Numbered from the stretch's first letter, positions 26,510-37,545 are shown. The stretch: DNA of 64,000 nucleotides from Patescibacteria group bacterium (GCA_041649155.1 JBAZNP010000001.1:238564-302563); one strand, 5' to 3'. The notes: a model not told the origin generated them from the letters alone. Numbers and translations: made by a program.

Positions 26510-27566
26510 CGTCGGCAAGTCAACATTATTTAACGCATTGGTCAAAGGTTCAAAGGCAGAAGCGGCTAATTATCCGTTCTGCACCATTGAGCCTAATGTT
26601 GGCATTGTAGAGGTTCCTGATGAGAGATTGGCTCCTTTAGTTGAAGTTTCCAAGTCAAAAAAGGTCGTTCCGACCGTAATTGAGTTTGTTGATATCGCCG
26701 GTTTGGTAAGAGGTGCATCGAAGGGAGAGGGATTGGGCAACCAGTTTCTTGCTCACATTCGCGAATGCGACGCTATCGCTATGGTTGTCCGCTTCTTTGA
26801 AGACGGAAATATCGCTCATGTCGATGGCAAAATTGATCCGCTTTCTGATATTGAAACAATTGAAACCGAGCTTCAGCTTGCCGACATTGCCACTGTTGAG
26901 AAAAGACAGTTTTCAGTCGAAAAAGAATTGAGATCGGGCTCGAAAGAGTCAAAATTCGCTCATTCAGGCCTTCAGAAAATCAAAGATGTTCTATATGACG
27001 GTAAAAATGCCCGAACAGCCAAGCTTGATGAGTTAGAAACAGAAGCCCTTAAAGGCTTGCAGTTAATGACACAAAAGCCAATTTTATATATTGCCAATGT
27101 TTCAGAAGACGAACTCGCCCATTTTGACGAGATAAAAGAAAGACCAGGATTTAAAAATATTGAATTATTACCCATCTCGGCACGAATTGAGAGTGAATTG
27201 AATGAACTAAATGAGCTGGAAAAGAAAGAATACCTTGAAGCTCTAGGTGTTAATGATACCGGACTTAACAACTTGATCAAAAAAGCATATGAAACGCTAG
27301 GATTAATCACCTACCTCACCTCAGGAGAGCAGGAAACCAGAGCTTGGACTATTAAAAAAGGCTTCAAAGCCCCCCAAGCTGCCGGAGTAATTCACACCGA
27401 TTTTGAAAAAGGCTTCATTGCCGCGGATGTGATCCCATGGCAAGATTTGTACGCTCAGGGAGGCTGGACCGGAGCTCGTGCCAAAGGCCTTGTTCGAACT
27501 GAAGGCAAGGAATATGTCGTTAAAGATGGCGACGTATGCTTGTTTAAATTTAATGTGAAAAAATAG
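26475..27566 (+). CDS. ychF: Ribosome-binding ATPase YchF
   Basis: G1 motif GIVGLPNVGKST, the NYPFCTIEPN segment, a TGS-like C-terminus. The first 35 nt overlap the 3' end of the recombinase gene. Confidence 0.9.
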   Translation: MNLSVGIVGLPNVGKSTLFNALVKGSKAEAANYPFCTIEPNVGIVEVPDERLAPLVEVSKSKKVVPTVIEFVDIAGLVRGASKGEGLGNQFLAHIRECDAIAMVVRFFEDGNIAHVDGKIDPLSDIETIETELQLADIATVEKRQFSVEKELRSGSKESKFAHSGLQKIKDVLYDGKNARTAKLDELETEALKGLQLMTQKPILYIANVSEDELAHFDEIKERPGFKNIELLPISARIESELNELNELEKKEYLEALGVNDTGLNNLIKKAYETLGLITYLTSGEQETRAWTIKKGFKAPQAAGVIHTDFEKGFIAADVIPWQDLYAQGGWTGARAKGLVRTEGKEYVVKDGDVCLFKFNVKK

Positions 27567-27597
27567 CTTGTCCTACTACTAATATCAACTCAAATTG

Positions 27598-27626
27598 ATT
27601 GACGTTTGAGTTCTTTTATGTTATAT
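27598..27626 (+). promoter_or_regulatory. Sigma70-like promoter candidate, TTGACG-N17-TATATT
   Basis: Hexamers with 17-nt spacing about 30 nt upstream of the AAGGGAG SD and the ATG at 27656. Confidence 0.35.
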
Positions 27627-27655
27627 TCGAGCTGCCCCGAAAGGGAGTACACAAC

Positions 27656-29290
27656 ATGGAGACGGGAAAAATGGCAGTCTTAGAAGAAGTGCTTGATAAA
27701 GAAATGGGAAAGAAAGTAGCAAGAGAACTTTACCGGCTGCCAGAAGATCTTTGTGCGAGATGGCTGGTTCAGTGTTCATTTAGCACTAGAAGTCGTATAG
27801 AAGCAAACCAAAATATATTGAGGAAGCGGTCCCAGCGGAACAAAGAGTTCGCTCAAGCTCTCTTCGACTATCTTGGAGAAGATTTGCAATATGTGGTCAA
27901 AGTGTATTATGCAGGAGTTGCTAACAACTTGGTAAGCTTTCGAGAAGAACTGGTCCGTTTAACAGAGGCATTAAGAATTGCTAAAAGATGGTACATCTTA
28001 TATCGTCACGACTGGCCAATAGATCAGCTACCTATTATTAGCAAGATCATCGATTTGCTTAAAGGATCAGAAAGAACAACGTTTTGGTTCCACTATTTGC
28101 TTGGAGTTGATATCCGAAATATTGCAAAACAGATAGAAAAAACTGAATACGAAACAAAAAGGTTGCTTAAGAAAGCAATCAAAAAGGTAATGAGCAGCTA
28201 CAGCCTGACCGATGAAGGTTTTTTCATTGAAAAGATAATCAGTCCATCAGTTTGGCTTAGCAACCGCTCTGGTCAAAAAGTTGAAACAATAGAGGAAATA
28301 GCTCACGCCGAGGCCATACTCGAGAGTTTTTCAACAGAAACATCTGGCAAAATAAGAGCTACCTATGAAGCAAAAACATACTCCGAAGCTGCTACTATAA
28401 TTGGCTGTACCGATAAAATGATAGAAGGCGCAGTTAATAGAGCAGCTAAATTAAGTAAGACCTGGTGGAGAATGGCGACGCTTGGTTGGACGCCCGAAGA
28501 ATGCAAAGAGGCCATGTTCCTTCTTAAACACCTTGTTCTTGATGAAAGGATCATACTTGGAGCATACTGGCTTGATGGCAAAACAGATTTTTCTGACAGA
28601 GAGGAAGCTAGACTAGCTAATTGCCTTAAGTTCGCTAGCCTTAAGTACGAACTTAAGCCATTCAAACCACTCAAACTCAAGAAAGAAACAACAATTATTA
28701 GCCCTAGAATAGAGGCTAAACTCATCCGGCAGACATACCAGAAATTGATTGCTCTGGCTGATAATGAGGGCAGAATCACCGGTAATCTTAAAGACATAGC
28801 TCCGATAGTTTTTCCGGAAGTCACACATAAAAAGGCTTTAAGGAACCTCTATCACGCTCACCGTTGGTTAATATTAGCGAGATGGATTGAGTACGATCGC
28901 ACAATTGATAATACAGATACGTTCTTCGTGCTTGATCAGGACAGGCCAGACATTAACCCATCCCAAAAAGAAAATGCAAAAGCAGGAGGACTATTTGTTT
29001 CTTACTGGGAGATTCTGGATGAGATGATTCTGCAGCTTAGAGATCGAATATCATGTGAAAATGATTTATTTCCAGCATCTCTTCGTGAACTTTCCAGGCA
29101 GGCTCTTCTTGCAAAGTTACCTCCTGAATGCAAAGTTAGCCCTGAACGAATTCAAAGATTCGCTATATCAGCAAGTTTCTACTTTAGACGAAAAAAAATC
29201 TTCCTGAGGAACCCTGGGTCGCAGGAGAACAACAGCACATACCGACTTGGTGAAAAAGCGATAGAAGTATATCGTCGGCTATGTAATTAA
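27656..29290 (+). CDS. Hypothetical protein with two sigma-70 region-4-like helix-turn-helix modules
   Basis: Likely start at 27656 (good SD); the track ORF starts earlier. Segments LKGSERTTFWFHYLLGVDIRNIAKQIEKTEYETKRLLKKAIKKV and TYSEAATIIGCTDKMIEGAVNRAAKL look like sigma region 4 / LuxR-type HTH. The rest is unrecognised. Confidence 0.4.
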   Translation: METGKMAVLEEVLDKEMGKKVARELYRLPEDLCARWLVQCSFSTRSRIEANQNILRKRSQRNKEFAQALFDYLGEDLQYVVKVYYAGVANNLVSFREELVRLTEALRIAKRWYILYRHDWPIDQLPIISKIIDLLKGSERTTFWFHYLLGVDIRNIAKQIEKTEYETKRLLKKAIKKVMSSYSLTDEGFFIEKIISPSVWLSNRSGQKVETIEEIAHAEAILESFSTETSGKIRATYEAKTYSEAATIIGCTDKMIEGAVNRAAKLSKTWWRMATLGWTPEECKEAMFLLKHLVLDERIILGAYWLDGKTDFSDREEARLANCLKFASLKYELKPFKPLKLKKETTIISPRIEAKLIRQTYQKLIALADNEGRITGNLKDIAPIVFPEVTHKKALRNLYHAHRWLILARWIEYDRTIDNTDTFFVLDQDRPDINPSQKENAKAGGLFVSYWEILDEMILQLRDRISCENDLFPASLRELSRQALLAKLPPECKVSPERIQRFAISASFYFRRKKIFLRNPGSQENNSTYRLGEKAIEVYRRLCN

Positions 29291-29302
29291 TTTGTTATTT
29301 TA

Positions 29303-29338
29303 GCCCGATGCATAATTATGCATCGGGCAATCTTTTTT
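29303..29338 (+). terminator. Rho-independent terminator
   Basis: GCCCGATGCATAATTATGCATCGGGC hairpin followed by AATCTTTTTTA. Confidence 0.7.
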
Positions 29339-29416
29339 ATAAGGACTTTAAAAAAGAGTCTGAAAATGATAATTTAACAATGTAAAAGAGATAAGCGAAT
29401 ACCCAGAAAGAGAACT

Positions 29417-31636
29417 ATGAATTTTAAAAAGGGAAATTGGGACAAAGAAATTAATGTTAGAGACTTTATCTTCAATAACTACACTGGTTATGATGGAGAT
29501 GAGTCTTTTTTAGAAAAACCAAGCGATAAAACAAAAAAACTCTGGAAAGAATGTCAGCGCTTGATGAAAAAAGAATTTAATTCCAAAGGCGGAGTTCTCG
29601 ATATTGACACAGATACAATTTCAACAATCATAAGTCATAAAGCCGGATATATTAAAAAAGAAGATGAATTAATAGTCGGCCTCCAGACAAACAAACCGCT
29701 TAAAAGAGCAATTAAACCTTTTGGCGGAATTAGAGTGGTTGAAAAGGCTTGCGCGGAATACGATCGAACCGTTAATCCGGAGGTCTCTGAAATGTGCAAA
29801 AAATATCGCAAAACTCACAATGACGGTGTTTTCGATGTTTATACAAAGGAAATGAGAACCCTTCGATCTCTTGGTATTTTAACCGGTCTGCCGGACAACT
29901 ATGCCAGAGGCAGAATTATCGGCGACTACAGAAGAGTCGCTCTCTATGGAATAGACCAGTTAATCGAAATTAAAGAAATCGACAGAGAAAATCTGGTCGG
30001 ACTAATGACCGATGAACTAATTCGTCTTCGCGAAGAAATTAGCGAACAAATTAAAGCACTTCATATGATAAAGGAAATGGCTGCTTCATACGGTTTTGAT
30101 ATTGCAAAACCAGCAAAAAACGCTCAGGAAGCAATCCAATGGACATATTTTGCTTACCTTGCTGCACTCAAAGAGCACGATGGTGCCGCGATGAGCCTTG
30201 GCAACGTAAGCGGGTTTTTTGATGTTTATCTGGAAAAAGATTTGTCTGAAGGAAAAATTACAGAAAAAAAGGCACAAGAATTGGTTGATCAGTTCATTAT
30301 CAAATTAAGAATGGTCAGACATTTGAGAGCTCCGGAATACAACGACTTGTTTGCCGGTGATCCAGCTTGGTTAACGGAATCCCTTGGTGGAGTCTGGCTA
30401 AACGGCAAGCACAAAGTAACAAAAACAACCTATCGATTTTTGCAAACTCTTTATAATCTTGGTCCTTCTCCAGAGCCTAACTTAACCGTACTTTGGTCGG
30501 AAAAATTACCGGAAAATTTCAAAAAATTCTGCGCCAAAGTTTCAATAGATACTTCCTCACTGCAATATGAAAATGATGATCTGATGCGAGAAACCGCTTG
30601 CTACGATGACTATGGAATTAGCTGCTGTGTCTCTTTGTTAAAAACCGGCAAAATGATGCAGTATTTTGGCGCACGCTGTAACTTAGCAAAAATACTTCTT
30701 ATGGCAATTAACGGCGGCAGGGATGAAATGACCGGCACAAAAGTCGTTGACGATATTCCTGAACTAAAAGGCAAAACCTTAAAGTATGATGAAGTAATAA
30801 AAAATTACAATAAAGTGTCAGCTAAAATCGCAGAGGATTATGTCAATGTGATGAATATCATACATTATATGCATGATAAATATTATTATGAACGAGCTCA
30901 AATGTCCTTGCTTGACTCACAGCCTGAACGAGTTATTGCATTTGGCGCTGCCGGACTTTCCGTCGTTACTGATTCATTATCAGCGATAAAATACGCGAAA
31001 GTAACTCCGGTTCGGAATGAAGACGGTATTGCCATTGATTTCAAAATTGAGGGCAATTTTCCAAAATACGGAAATGATAATGATAAAGTTGACTCTATCG
31101 CCAAAAAACTTGCTGCTGATTTTAATAAAGAATTAGGCAAATATCAAACTTATAGAAATGCAAAAGCGACTCTTTCAATTTTAACCATTACATCAAATAT
31201 TGTTTACGGTAAAAAAACCGGCGCGACTCCAGATGGGAGAAAAGCGCATGAGCCATTTGCTCCTGGCGCTAACCCAATGCATGGAAGAGACACTTCCGGT
31301 GCTATTGCCTCTCTAAACTCTGTTGCTAAACTTCAATATGCTAACTCAAGAGACGGCATTTCAAATACTTTCTCAATTATACCTGCCACATTGGGCGCTG
31401 ACGGGAATGAAAGAATCGACAATCTTGTTTCGCTGCTTGATGGTTACTTCAAACAAAAAGCGCATCATTTAAATGTGAATGTTCTAGATAAAGAAACTCT
31501 TCTTGATGCCATGAATCATCCCGAGAATTATCCTCAATTAACAATTAGAATTTCCGGCTATGCTGTTAATTTTATTAAACTTAGCAAAAAGCAGCAGGAA
31601 GAAGTGTTGGCTAGAACATTTTTTGAGAAACTTTAA
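29417..31636 (+). CDS. pflB: Pyruvate formate-lyase (formate C-acetyltransferase), glycyl radical enzyme
   Basis: Active-site Cys-Cys (GISCCVSL) and the C-terminal glycyl-radical motif RISGYAV. Confidence 0.9.
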   Translation: MNFKKGNWDKEINVRDFIFNNYTGYDGDESFLEKPSDKTKKLWKECQRLMKKEFNSKGGVLDIDTDTISTIISHKAGYIKKEDELIVGLQTNKPLKRAIKPFGGIRVVEKACAEYDRTVNPEVSEMCKKYRKTHNDGVFDVYTKEMRTLRSLGILTGLPDNYARGRIIGDYRRVALYGIDQLIEIKEIDRENLVGLMTDELIRLREEISEQIKALHMIKEMAASYGFDIAKPAKNAQEAIQWTYFAYLAALKEHDGAAMSLGNVSGFFDVYLEKDLSEGKITEKKAQELVDQFIIKLRMVRHLRAPEYNDLFAGDPAWLTESLGGVWLNGKHKVTKTTYRFLQTLYNLGPSPEPNLTVLWSEKLPENFKKFCAKVSIDTSSLQYENDDLMRETACYDDYGISCCVSLLKTGKMMQYFGARCNLAKILLMAINGGRDEMTGTKVVDDIPELKGKTLKYDEVIKNYNKVSAKIAEDYVNVMNIIHYMHDKYYYERAQMSLLDSQPERVIAFGAAGLSVVTDSLSAIKYAKVTPVRNEDGIAIDFKIEGNFPKYGNDNDKVDSIAKKLAADFNKELGKYQTYRNAKATLSILTITSNIVYGKKTGATPDGRKAHEPFAPGANPMHGRDTSGAIASLNSVAKLQYANSRDGISNTFSIIPATLGADGNERIDNLVSLLDGYFKQKAHHLNVNVLDKETLLDAMNHPENYPQLTIRISGYAVNFIKLSKKQQEEVLARTFFEKL

Positions 31637-31699
31637 ATACATTTTATTATTCTTCGAACGAAGTGAGAAGTTCTCAGCCGTTGGCTTCGAACAATAACT

Positions 31700-32437
31700 A
31701 TGAATAATTCTATAAAAATCAGCTCAATTGAAACACTAGGGACACATGAAGGACCTGGTATTCGCTTTGTTATTTTTACCCAAGGTTGTAATTTTAAATG
31801 CCTCTACTGCCACAACCCCGAAACACAGTGTATTAACTCTAAATCAGAAGAATATTCGGTAGCTGAACTGGTTGAAAAGATTAAAAAGTGTAAACCCTAT
31901 TTCGGCAAGGAAGGCGGAGTTACAATTTCCGGCGGTGAGCCAATCTTACAAGCGAAAAAAATAATTAGGCTTTTTTCTGAATTAAAAAAAGCAGGAATTC
32001 ATACCGCGTTAGATACCAACGGTTCAATTTTAACTGACGATGTTGAGAAGCTACTAAAAATTACTGGGCTGGTGTTATTAGACATAAAACATATTGATAA
32101 CGAATGGCATAAAAAGATTAGTGGTCATTCAAATGAATTAGTTCTGAAGTTTGCAGAATATTTGGAAAAAAACAACATTAAATTCTGGATCAGATATGTT
32201 TTAGTCCCCAATCTCTCAGATCAAGATGAATTTTTAATACAATTCAGTGAACATTTTAAAGATTATAAAAACCTTGAACGTGTGGAAATATTACCATATC
32301 ATACGCTTGGAATCAGCAAGTACAAAGAATTGAATATCCCCTACTCGCTCCTCAAAACTCCAGTTCCAGATGAGAAACTAATTAAAAAAGCAAAAGACAT
32401 TTTTGAAAAATGTTTTAATAAAGTGGTAGTTAGATAA
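31700..32437 (+). CDS. pflA: Pyruvate formate-lyase activating enzyme (radical SAM)
   Basis: CNFKCLYCHN cluster, a Gly-rich SAM motif, and a size of about 245 aa right after pflB. Confidence 0.9.
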   Translation: MNNSIKISSIETLGTHEGPGIRFVIFTQGCNFKCLYCHNPETQCINSKSEEYSVAELVEKIKKCKPYFGKEGGVTISGGEPILQAKKIIRLFSELKKAGIHTALDTNGSILTDDVEKLLKITGLVLLDIKHIDNEWHKKISGHSNELVLKFAEYLEKNNIKFWIRYVLVPNLSDQDEFLIQFSEHFKDYKNLERVEILPYHTLGISKYKELNIPYSLLKTPVPDEKLIKKAKDIFEKCFNKVVVR

Positions 32438-32465
32438 TCCGATCATTCATAATTACTTACCCACG

Positions 32466-32584
32466 ATGTCATTTCGACTCCTCAGCCTTGTCTGAGGGTG
32501 GACCTGCCTGCCGGCAGGCAGGGAAATCTTAAAATAGATTATTATTTCTATTAGAAGATCCCTCCACGTTGGTCGGGATGACAC
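32466..32584. repeat. Family A palindromic element (reverse orientation) carrying the 20-bp palindrome CCTGCCTGCCGGCAGGCAGG
   Basis: Its reverse complement aligns almost base-for-base with 46450..46568, including TIRs TGTCATCCCGACC ... TCGAAATGACA. Confidence 0.85.
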
Positions 32585-32742
32585 AGGGTAAGTGAGCAGT
32601 TGCGATCGTTTATGTTGACTCAATCACAATTTTCTGATATTATCTAACAAAATTAATATTTAACTTTTTCCCCGATGAACATCGGGGAGCTGGAGTCCGA
32701 ACTAATTTGGACACTAAACACCAGCGCCAAGAAAGGAAATCA

Positions 32743-33468
32743 ATGAGAGAATACGAACTTACGTATTTAATTTCTGATAATGTGCCTGAATCAGATTTAA
32801 ATAAGGTTACCGGTAAAGTCGGTGGCTATGTTACTAGTCTTAACGGAAAAATTTTAAAAGAAGAAATCTGGGGTAGAAGAAAACTAGCTTATCCTATTAA
32901 AAAACAGGATTTTGCTACTTACGTAACTTTGAATTTCAGCTTGCCTGCTGAAAAAGCAAACGAATTTGAACACAACATTTTTATGTCTTCAAAAATAATT
33001 CGTCACCTAATGATTGTTCAAGATTACGGATCAGAAGAGTTAACTTTGACCAAAGAGGATGTTGCTGAAACAGAAGAAATTACCAAAGTAATTGGCGGTG
33101 AAAAATCATTTGAGGCCGTTATCGGAGAAACAGAGGAAAGCAAAGATTTAATGGCAGTTCGCGGGGACGAAGTAGAGACAGAAGAACCTAAAAAAGAAAC
33201 CAAGAAAGAAAAAACTCCAGAAAAAACAGAACTTGAAGAGGAAGTTGAAGACGCCGCATCCACCGAAGGTGGAGCAGGCGCCCCTGCTTCCACTGAAAGT
33301 GGAATGCGGGGAGAACCTAAAAAAGCTGCAAAAACAACGAAGAAAGCTGAAACTCCTAAAAAACCAGCCAAGACAGCTAAAAAAGCAGAGAAAAAGCCAG
33401 AAGATGAAGCAGACAGACTGTCTAAACTAGACAAAGAACTGGACGATATTCTTGGCGATGACCTGTAA
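32743..33468 (+). CDS. rpsF: 30S ribosomal protein S6 with a long low-complexity Lys/Glu-rich C-terminal extension
   Basis: MREYELTYLISDNV...IWGRRKLAYPIKK is a canonical S6 N-terminal domain. Start at 32743, not the upstream ATG of the track ORF. It is followed by ssb and rpsR as in the conserved operon. Confidence 0.85.
   Translation: MREYELTYLISDNVPESDLNKVTGKVGGYVTSLNGKILKEEIWGRRKLAYPIKKQDFATYVTLNFSLPAEKANEFEHNIFMSSKIIRHLMIVQDYGSEELTLTKEDVAETEEITKVIGGEKSFEAVIGETEESKDLMAVRGDEVETEEPKKETKKEKTPEKTELEEEVEDAASTEGGAGAPASTESGMRGEPKKAAKTTKKAETPKKPAKTAKKAEKKPEDEADRLSKLDKELDDILGDDL
33250..33311. repeat. Family E palindromic element inside the rpsF coding sequence
   Basis: gacgccgcatccaccgaaggtggagcaggcgcccctgcttcc...ggaatgcgggg matches 40199..40255 in pyrG. 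The first hairpin, tccacc/ggtgga here versus tccgc/gcgga in pyrG, is kept by compensatory changes. It encodes DAASTEGGAGAPAS..GMRG. Confidence 0.8.
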
Positions 33469-33556
33469 AACCAGAATCATGAATATAGAATCAAGAATCA
33501 TGGGATTGATTAAAGTGCTATAATATTCTTAATTCATAATTCTAATCAAAAGGAGC
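33466..33556. repeat. Family C palindromic element, second copy
   Basis: agaatcatgaatatagaatcaagaatcatgg ... attcataattc matches the reverse complement of 6956..7032. Confidence 0.75.
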
Positions 33557-33559
33557 AAA

Positions 33560-34033
33560 ATGTTAAATTTAAACAGAGCACAAATCTTGGGCAACCTAAC
33601 ACGTGATCCCGAGATGAGATATACACCAAATGGTCAGGCAGTTTCTAGTTTTACCGTTGCAACAAACAGGAAATGGAAGGGACGGGACGGAGCTCCGGAT
33701 GGCGAAGACACTCAATATCACGACATCGTAGTTTGGGGCAAACAGGCTGAAGCAATTACCCCAATGTTAAAAAAAGGCTCTCCGGCTTTCGTTGAAGGAA
33801 GACTTCAAACAAGAAACTGGGAAGGTCAGGACGGAGTAAAAAGATACAAGACTGAAATTATCGCCGACAACATAATTGTGTTGAGCAGCAGAAGTGGTGA
33901 CAATAGTAACTTCATGGCCCGATCACAAAGTAATCCTGTTGACGACATTTCAAACTCATCAACTAGCACAGACAAAAAAACCAATACCCCACCCGCTGAA
34001 GATGAGATCGACATAGAAGAAATACCTTTTTAA
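33560..34033 (+). CDS. ssb: Single-stranded DNA-binding protein
   Basis: OB-fold N-terminus (ILGNLTRDPEMRYTPNG), a disordered linker, and an acidic C-terminal tip DIDIEEIPF. Confidence 0.9.
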   Translation: MLNLNRAQILGNLTRDPEMRYTPNGQAVSSFTVATNRKWKGRDGAPDGEDTQYHDIVVWGKQAEAITPMLKKGSPAFVEGRLQTRNWEGQDGVKRYKTEIIADNIIVLSSRSGDNSNFMARSQSNPVDDISNSSTSTDKKTNTPPAEDEIDIEEIPF

Positions 34034-34035
34034 AA

Positions 34036-34150
34036 TTATTAATAATTTTAAAAAGAATATTCAAGATACAAGAAACAATAAACAAATAAATCACAATATT
34101 CAATAATCAAATTTCAAATATACTTGTATTTTGTTACTTGGAACTTGGTT
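34036..34150. repeat. Family D palindromic element (CAAGATACAAGAAACAA ... TTGTATCTTG arms)
   Basis: Shares acaagaaacaat..caaa..aa...caatattcaataa and inverted arms with 43575..43716. Confidence 0.7.
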
Positions 34151-34170
34151 ATTGCGACTGAAAGGAGCCC

Positions 34171-34395
34171 ATGGCTTATCAAACAATTAGAACAAGCAAA
34201 AAATGTCTATTCTGCAAAACAAAATTAGAAGCTATAGACTACAAAGATGTTAATACTTTATCCAAGTATTTAAATCGTTGGAATAAAATAGACTCAGGTG
34301 CTAGATCTGGCAATTGCACTAAACACCAGCGAGAGCTAACCAGAGCAGTAAAAAGGGCAAGACACTTAGCTTTGCTTCCTTTTACAGTACGGTAA
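34171..34395 (+). CDS. rpsR: 30S ribosomal protein S18
   Basis: 74 aa with a CLFC zinc-type motif and the conserved [19 protein letters not shown]-terminus. Confidence 0.9.
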   Translation: MAYQTIRTSKKCLFCKTKLEAIDYKDVNTLSKYLNRWNKIDSGARSGNCTKHQRELTRAVKRARHLALLPFTVR

Positions 34396-34528
34396 TAAAT
34401 AATTACAAAATCCTAATTCCAAATTACAAACAAAATTTCAAATGTCTAATGTCAAAGTTTTGAATTTTTTAATTTAATATTTGGGATTTGATTAGAAATT
34501 AGTCATTAGAAATTAGGAATTTATTACT

Positions 34529-35086
34529 ATGTTATCAATCACCAACCTAAAAAACGGCACAAAGATCACTCTCACCGGAGAACCTTATGTGGTTTTGTCT
34601 TATTACCATTCCAAAATGGGACGAGGCGGAGCCGTGGTTAAAACAAAATTGAAAAATTTGAAAACCGGCGGAGTAATAGATAAAACTTTTCAGGGAGCAG
34701 ATAAAGTTGAGGAGGCAAATTTAACTAAAAGAAACGCAACTTATCTTTATTCTGATGAAAATAGTTCATACTTCATGGACACAGAAAGTTATGATCAGTT
34801 TGAAATCTCTCTGGAAAAAGTCGGCGATGATAAAAAGTATTTAGTTGAAAACTCCAGTGTTGATCTCCTCTACTTCAACAATGAACCTATAAACATAGAG
34901 CTACCGATTAAAATGACTTTCAAAGTAGTTAGTGCTCCTCCTGCAGTTAAGGGAAATTCTGCCGGCTCAGTAACCAAAAAAGTAACTATCGAAACCGGAA
35001 CTCAAGTGGATGCTCCACTTTTTATCAAAGAAAATGATAAAATAGTAGTAGACACAAGAAGCGGCTCTTACGTTGAACGTGCATAA
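34529..35086 (+). CDS. efp: Elongation factor P
   Basis: 185 aa. KPGKG-equivalent loop (SKMGRGGAVVKTKLKNL) and three OB domains. Confidence 0.9.
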   Translation: MLSITNLKNGTKITLTGEPYVVLSYYHSKMGRGGAVVKTKLKNLKTGGVIDKTFQGADKVEEANLTKRNATYLYSDENSSYFMDTESYDQFEISLEKVGDDKKYLVENSSVDLLYFNNEPINIELPIKMTFKVVSAPPAVKGNSAGSVTKKVTIETGTQVDAPLFIKENDKIVVDTRSGSYVERA

Positions 35087-35138
35087 CCACTCTGATTTTA
35101 AACACAGATAGACGCTGATAGCTCTACCACTAAAATCT

Positions 35139-35696
35139 GTGATGATCAGTGAAAAAATCAGTGAGATAATTTCAATACAATTTATGATTTTTCCCTACAC
35201 AAAAATAGTTAAACTCGAGGTTTTTGATCTAAAAAATCAAAGAGGAGTTGGCGCTGTCAAAGAAATCATAATTCAAAAAAAAGACTTTAAAATCTCCGGA
35301 ATAATCTTGGAAAATTCGTTTTTAGATCGTGGCATCAAGATTGTAAATAGCACCGATATTGTTGATATCTCTCCGGAAGGAGTTGTGATAAACGATAGCG
35401 ACTCGATTTCCAGCCCAAAAGAAAACGTTAGACTAGCGGAAGCAATAAAAGATGGCTTATATGGAATTGGTCAAAAAGTTGTGACCAAAGATGGCAAATC
35501 TTTAGGCAGAGTAAATGATTTATTTGTCTCTACTGAAACTTTAATGATCTCCAAAATCTTCATAAAAAATATCTTCTCAGAAAGAGTTATCCCTTCATCA
35601 GCAATTGTTGAAATTAAGGGCAAAAAGATAATAGTTAAAAATAATTTTGAAACAGTCAGAGTTTCCGTACCCGAGATTAGCGCCAGCGTTGTATAG
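35139..35696 (+). CDS. PRC-barrel domain protein (two repeats)
   Basis: Two segments (e.g. LKNQRGVGAVKEIIIQKKDFKISGIIL and GQKVVTKDGKSLGRVNDLFVSTETLMISKIFI) resemble PRC-barrel / RimM-type barrels. Confidence 0.4.
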   Translation: MMISEKISEIISIQFMIFPYTKIVKLEVFDLKNQRGVGAVKEIIIQKKDFKISGIILENSFLDRGIKIVNSTDIVDISPEGVVINDSDSISSPKENVRLAEAIKDGLYGIGQKVVTKDGKSLGRVNDLFVSTETLMISKIFIKNIFSERVIPSSAIVEIKGKKIIVKNNFETVRVSVPEISASVV

Positions 35697-35700
35697 ATAG

Positions 35701-35803
35701 CAGAATACAGATATCAGATAACAGTTATATGAAAACAATATGTAAAAAATCCCGCCACTATGCGGGATTTTTTACTATCAAATTTCTGTTATCTGTATTG
35801 CTG
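35701..35803. repeat. Family F inverted repeat (CAGAATACAGATATCAGATAACAG / CTGTTATCTGTATTGCTG) around a bidirectional terminator
   Basis: The arms flank AAAAAATCCCGCCACTATGCGGGATTTTTT (35745..35774), a perfect hairpin with A-run and T-run between the convergent PRC-barrel and groEL genes. The motif cagaatacagatatcag recurs inside the GT2 gene at 59383..59414. Confidence 0.7.
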
Positions 35804-35822
35804 TCAACTGTTAGCTATTTTA

Positions 35823-37472
<1,650 letters not shown>

Positions 37473-37545
37473 CTAATAGCTAATTTAACTAATTAAGCTA
37501 ATACAATGAATTGGTTTTATTCGCTGCATTAGTCATTCGTCCTGA

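Larger units (their letters stand above)
22983..26510 (+). mobile_element. Integrative-element module: RHH regulator, small ORFs, Xis/AlpA-type HTH, large serine recombinase. Right end abuts or overlaps the ychF start.
   Basis: The gene content is typical of phage / integrative-element integration modules. The boundaries are approximate; no att repeats could be defined by eye. Confidence 0.55.

Noticed and set aside
11308-26516. Shared CGTTAGG core, flanked by short direct repeats, at the cofE/pyrE junction and (as reverse complement) at the integrase/ychF junction, considered as possible att sites
   Set aside because: A 7-mer match between two roughly 50-bp regions is within chance expectation. 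Serine-integrase att sites also need not share long identity. It is kept only as a pointer for the island-boundary hypothesis.
28363-28824. 153-aa minus-strand ORF
   Set aside because: Antisense within the 27656..29290 gene; no start context or motif.
33024-33434. 136-aa minus-strand ORF rich in Ser/Ala
   Set aside because: Antisense to the low-complexity Lys/Glu tail of rpsF. This is a typical shadow ORF of a repetitive coding region.
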